Source: an uncultured Bacteroides sp.
Lineage (GTDB): Bacteria > Bacteroidota > Bacteroidia > Bacteroidales > Bacteroidaceae
DNA: 64,000 nt
NCBI GenBank assembly: GCA_947074345.1
Contig: CAMTPH010000001.1
Location: 48,650-112,649, forward strand
Direction: 5' to 3'
This document shows, one piece after another, positions 61,499 to 64,000 of the stretch. The notes under the pieces are model-generated. The model made no database searches and was not told the DNA's origin. It was given only the letters and a program-made list of their open reading frames with translations. The first letter of the stretch is position 1. Every line of letters starts with the position of its first letter. The position numbers were made by a program, and so were the translations under genes.

Positions 61499-63526
61499 AT
61501 GAAAGTAACAAAGTATTTACCAATTCTTGCAATCTGCATGATGACAACAGGATGCAATTCGGGCAAACAATCTCACTCTGGAGTTAATGTTGCCAACCTC
61601 GATACGACAGCTATTGCCGGTACCGATTTTTATCAATACGCTTGTGGTGGATGGATGAAAAACAATCCACTTACAGATGAGTACTCACGATTTGGTTCTT
61701 TCGACCAATTAGCTGAAAGTAATCGTATTCAACTTCAAGGATTAATTGAAGAACTGGCTACAACGCAACACGAAGAAGGAAGTATCGCTCAAAAAGTAGG
61801 CGGACTTTACAATATTGCCATGGATAGCGTGAAGCTAAACAATGAAGGATTTGCTCCTATCATGACTGATTTGAAACAAATCGCTTCTATCCAAAACGCA
61901 CAAGATGTATACATGACGCTTGCTGAAATGCGTAAAAGTGGTTTGCAACCATTCTTCTACATGTACGTGGGTGCAGATGATATGAATAGCGCTATGAATA
62001 TTGTTCATGCAGGCCAAAGTGGTTTAGGTATGGGCGAGCGCGATTATTACATTGAAGAGGGTGATGATATTAAAGCAATTCGCGAAGCTTACAAAAAGCA
62101 CATCGTTAAGATGTTTGAACTTGCTGGATACGACGAAGCTGCTGCTACTAAAGCAATGGAAGGTGTGATGAAGATTGAAAACCGTTTGGCGAAGATTTCT
62201 CGTTCGAACATAGAACTTCGTGACCCTATTGCGAACTACAATAAGTTTACATTGGAACAACTTAACGAAAAGTATCCTGCAATGGGTTGGGAGGCATTCT
62301 TGAATGCATCGAATATGGCAGAGGTGAAAGAGATTGACTTAGGTCAACCTGAATTCTTCACTGAAGTCGAAACTATCATTAAAGATACTCCAATCGCAGA
62401 CCAAATAGCTTATTTGCAATGGAATTTAATCAACAACGCATCTTCTTACTTAAGCGATGATTTTGTAAATCAAGACTTTGATTTCTATGGTAAGACTATG
62501 TCGGGTAAAAAAGAACTTCAACCAAGATGGAAACGTGCTGTAAGTTCGGTAAATGGTATGTTGGGCGAAGCTGTTGGTCAAATGTATGTAGAGAAATTCT
62601 TCCCTCCACAAGCCAAAGCACAAATGCTAGACTTAGTAGGTAATCTTCAGAAATCATTGGGCGAACGTATCACAAACCTTTCGTGGATGAGCGATGAAAC
62701 AAAAGAGAAGGCACACGAGAAATTGGCTACTTTCCATGTGAAAATTGGCTATCCTGACAAATGGAAAGATTATAGCAATTTGGCTGTTATCAATGATTCA
62801 TATTGGGATAATGTGAAGCGTGCTCTTAAGTGGAACTACAACGAAATGACAAACAAGATTGGTAAACCGGTTGATAAGGATGAATGGTTGATGAACCCTC
62901 AAACTGTAAATGCTTATTACAATCCAACGACCAACGAAATCTGTTTTCCTGCTGCTATTCTTCAATATCCTTTCTTTGATATGAATGCCGATGAGGCTTT
63001 CAATTATGGCGCTATCGGTGTCGTTATCGGACATGAAATGACTCATGGCTTTGATGATATGGGACGCCAATACGACAAAGATGGTAACTTGAACGACTGG
63101 TGGACCGAACAAGATGCTAAGAACTTTGATGAACGTTCTAAAGTGTTGGTTGACTATTTCGACAACATAGAAGTTGCACCGGGACTAAATGCGAATGGCC
63201 GCTTTACACTTGGTGAAAATATTGCCGACCATGGCGGTTTGCAAATCTCTTATCAAGCTTACAAGAATGCAACTGCCAATAAGCCTTTGGAAGTTGTTGA
63301 CGGCTTGACTCCTGATCAACGATTCTTCTTGTCTTATGCTAATGTATGGGCTGGTAATATTCGTCCGGAAGAAGTGCTTCGTTTAACGAAGGTTGATGAG
63401 CACTCTTTGGGTAGATGGCGTGTTAATGGGGCATTGCCTCATATCAATGCATGGTACGAAGCTTTTGATATTGATTCTAACGCTCCGCTATATCTAAAAG
63501 AAGAGAATAGAGCATCGATTTGGTAA
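61499..63526 (+). CDS. M13 family metalloendopeptidase (PepO-like) lipoprotein
   Basis: TTGC lipobox; DFYQYACGGW, VNAYY, HEMTH zinc motif, GENIAD. Confidence 0.93.
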   Translation: MKVTKYLPILAICMMTTGCNSGKQSHSGVNVANLDTTAIAGTDFYQYACGGWMKNNPLTDEYSRFGSFDQLAESNRIQLQGLIEELATTQHEEGSIAQKVGGLYNIAMDSVKLNNEGFAPIMTDLKQIASIQNAQDVYMTLAEMRKSGLQPFFYMYVGADDMNSAMNIVHAGQSGLGMGERDYYIEEGDDIKAIREAYKKHIVKMFELAGYDEAAATKAMEGVMKIENRLAKISRSNIELRDPIANYNKFTLEQLNEKYPAMGWEAFLNASNMAEVKEIDLGQPEFFTEVETIIKDTPIADQIAYLQWNLINNASSYLSDDFVNQDFDFYGKTMSGKKELQPRWKRAVSSVNGMLGEAVGQMYVEKFFPPQAKAQMLDLVGNLQKSLGERITNLSWMSDETKEKAHEKLATFHVKIGYPDKWKDYSNLAVINDSYWDNVKRALKWNYNEMTNKIGKPVDKDEWLMNPQTVNAYYNPTTNEICFPAAILQYPFFDMNADEAFNYGAIGVVIGHEMTHGFDDMGRQYDKDGNLNDWWTEQDAKNFDERSKVLVDYFDNIEVAPGLNANGRFTLGENIADHGGLQISYQAYKNATANKPLEVVDGLTPDQRFFLSYANVWAGNIRPEEVLRLTKVDEHSLGRWRVNGALPHINAWYEAFDIDSNAPLYLKEENRASIW

Positions 63527-63553
63527 TTTTCATTACGAATTGACAATAAATAT

Positions 63554-63591
63554 AAAACGCTGATTCAAAAGTTATTGAATCAGCGTTTTTT
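63554..63591 (+). terminator. Intrinsic terminator
   Basis: AAAACGCTGATTCAA-AAGTTA-TTGAATCAGCGTTTTTT. Confidence 0.9.
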
Positions 63592-63700
63592 AATATAAAA
63601 ACAGGGCAAATTTATTACTTGTATTAAAAGGATAATCAATAAGAATTTACTAACTTTGCGAACCAAATACTTAATAAAGTCAATCCAATAAAGTCATTTC

Positions 63701-64000
63701 ATGTCTGATTTAAAAAAAATAAAAACCGCTTTAGTATCGGTTTATCACAAAGAAGGTTTGGACGAAATAATCACCAAACTACACGAAGAGGGAGTTGAGT
63801 TTCTATCAACAGGCGGTACTCGCCAGTTTATCGAATCATTGGGCTATCCTTGTAAAGCAGTCGAAGATTTAACTTCTTATCCATCTATCTTGGGTGGACG
63901 AGTAAAAACACTTCATCCTAAAGTTTTTGGTGGTATCTTGTGCAGAAGAGATTTAGAGCAAGATATGCAACAAATCGAAAAATACGAGATTCCTGAAATT
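63701..64000 (+). CDS. purH: Bifunctional AICAR transformylase/IMP cyclohydrolase, partial (runs off right edge)
   Basis: MSDLKKIKTALVSVYHKEGL...STGGT...GGRVKTLHPKVFGGIL. Promoter TAACTTTG 63651-63658. Confidence 0.95.
   Translation, partial: MSDLKKIKTALVSVYHKEGLDEIITKLHEEGVEFLSTGGTRQFIESLGYPCKAVEDLTSYPSILGGRVKTLHPKVFGGILCRRDLEQDMQQIEKYEIPEI

Overview
AT-rich Bacteroidales (Bacteroides/Phocaeicola-like) chromosomal window, judged from TAnnTTTG (-7) promoters, many lipoproteins and the gene content. From the left it holds core genes (partial aminotransferase, ribBA, LptF/G permease, START-like protein) and tRNA-Met(CAT). Next is an accessory module: an OmpR-family two-component system facing two unannotated small membrane-peptide ORFs and a DUF3836-like secreted protein, with an identical GATAAC x3 (11-bp period) box in front of both promoters. 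A ~22-kb rhamnogalacturonan/rhamnose cluster follows (GH105, GH106, DUF4450-like, GH65/95-like, rhaBATD with two AraC regulators, two GH28, esterase-GH105 fusion). It has no susC/susD and is bracketed by two copies of a 22-bp-period palindromic repeat array. The rest holds a GH2 beta-galactosidase, ribD, a GH85-like endoglycosidase, prmC-recX-pyrE-SRPBCC-argH, a His-less Rieske-like lipoprotein, a small acidic secreted protein behind a complete sigma54 promoter (UAS-IHF-24/-12), a sigma54 regulator/hybrid kinase pair, tamB-tamL, a nucleotidyltransferase, S41 and M13 peptidases, an ABC-F ATPase and the start of purH. A second repeat family (44-bp period, palindromic core GATAACTGTTAACAGTTATC) occurs at two loci. 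No integrase, transposase, CRISPR or rRNA was seen. All family assignments come from motif recognition by eye, not from database searches.
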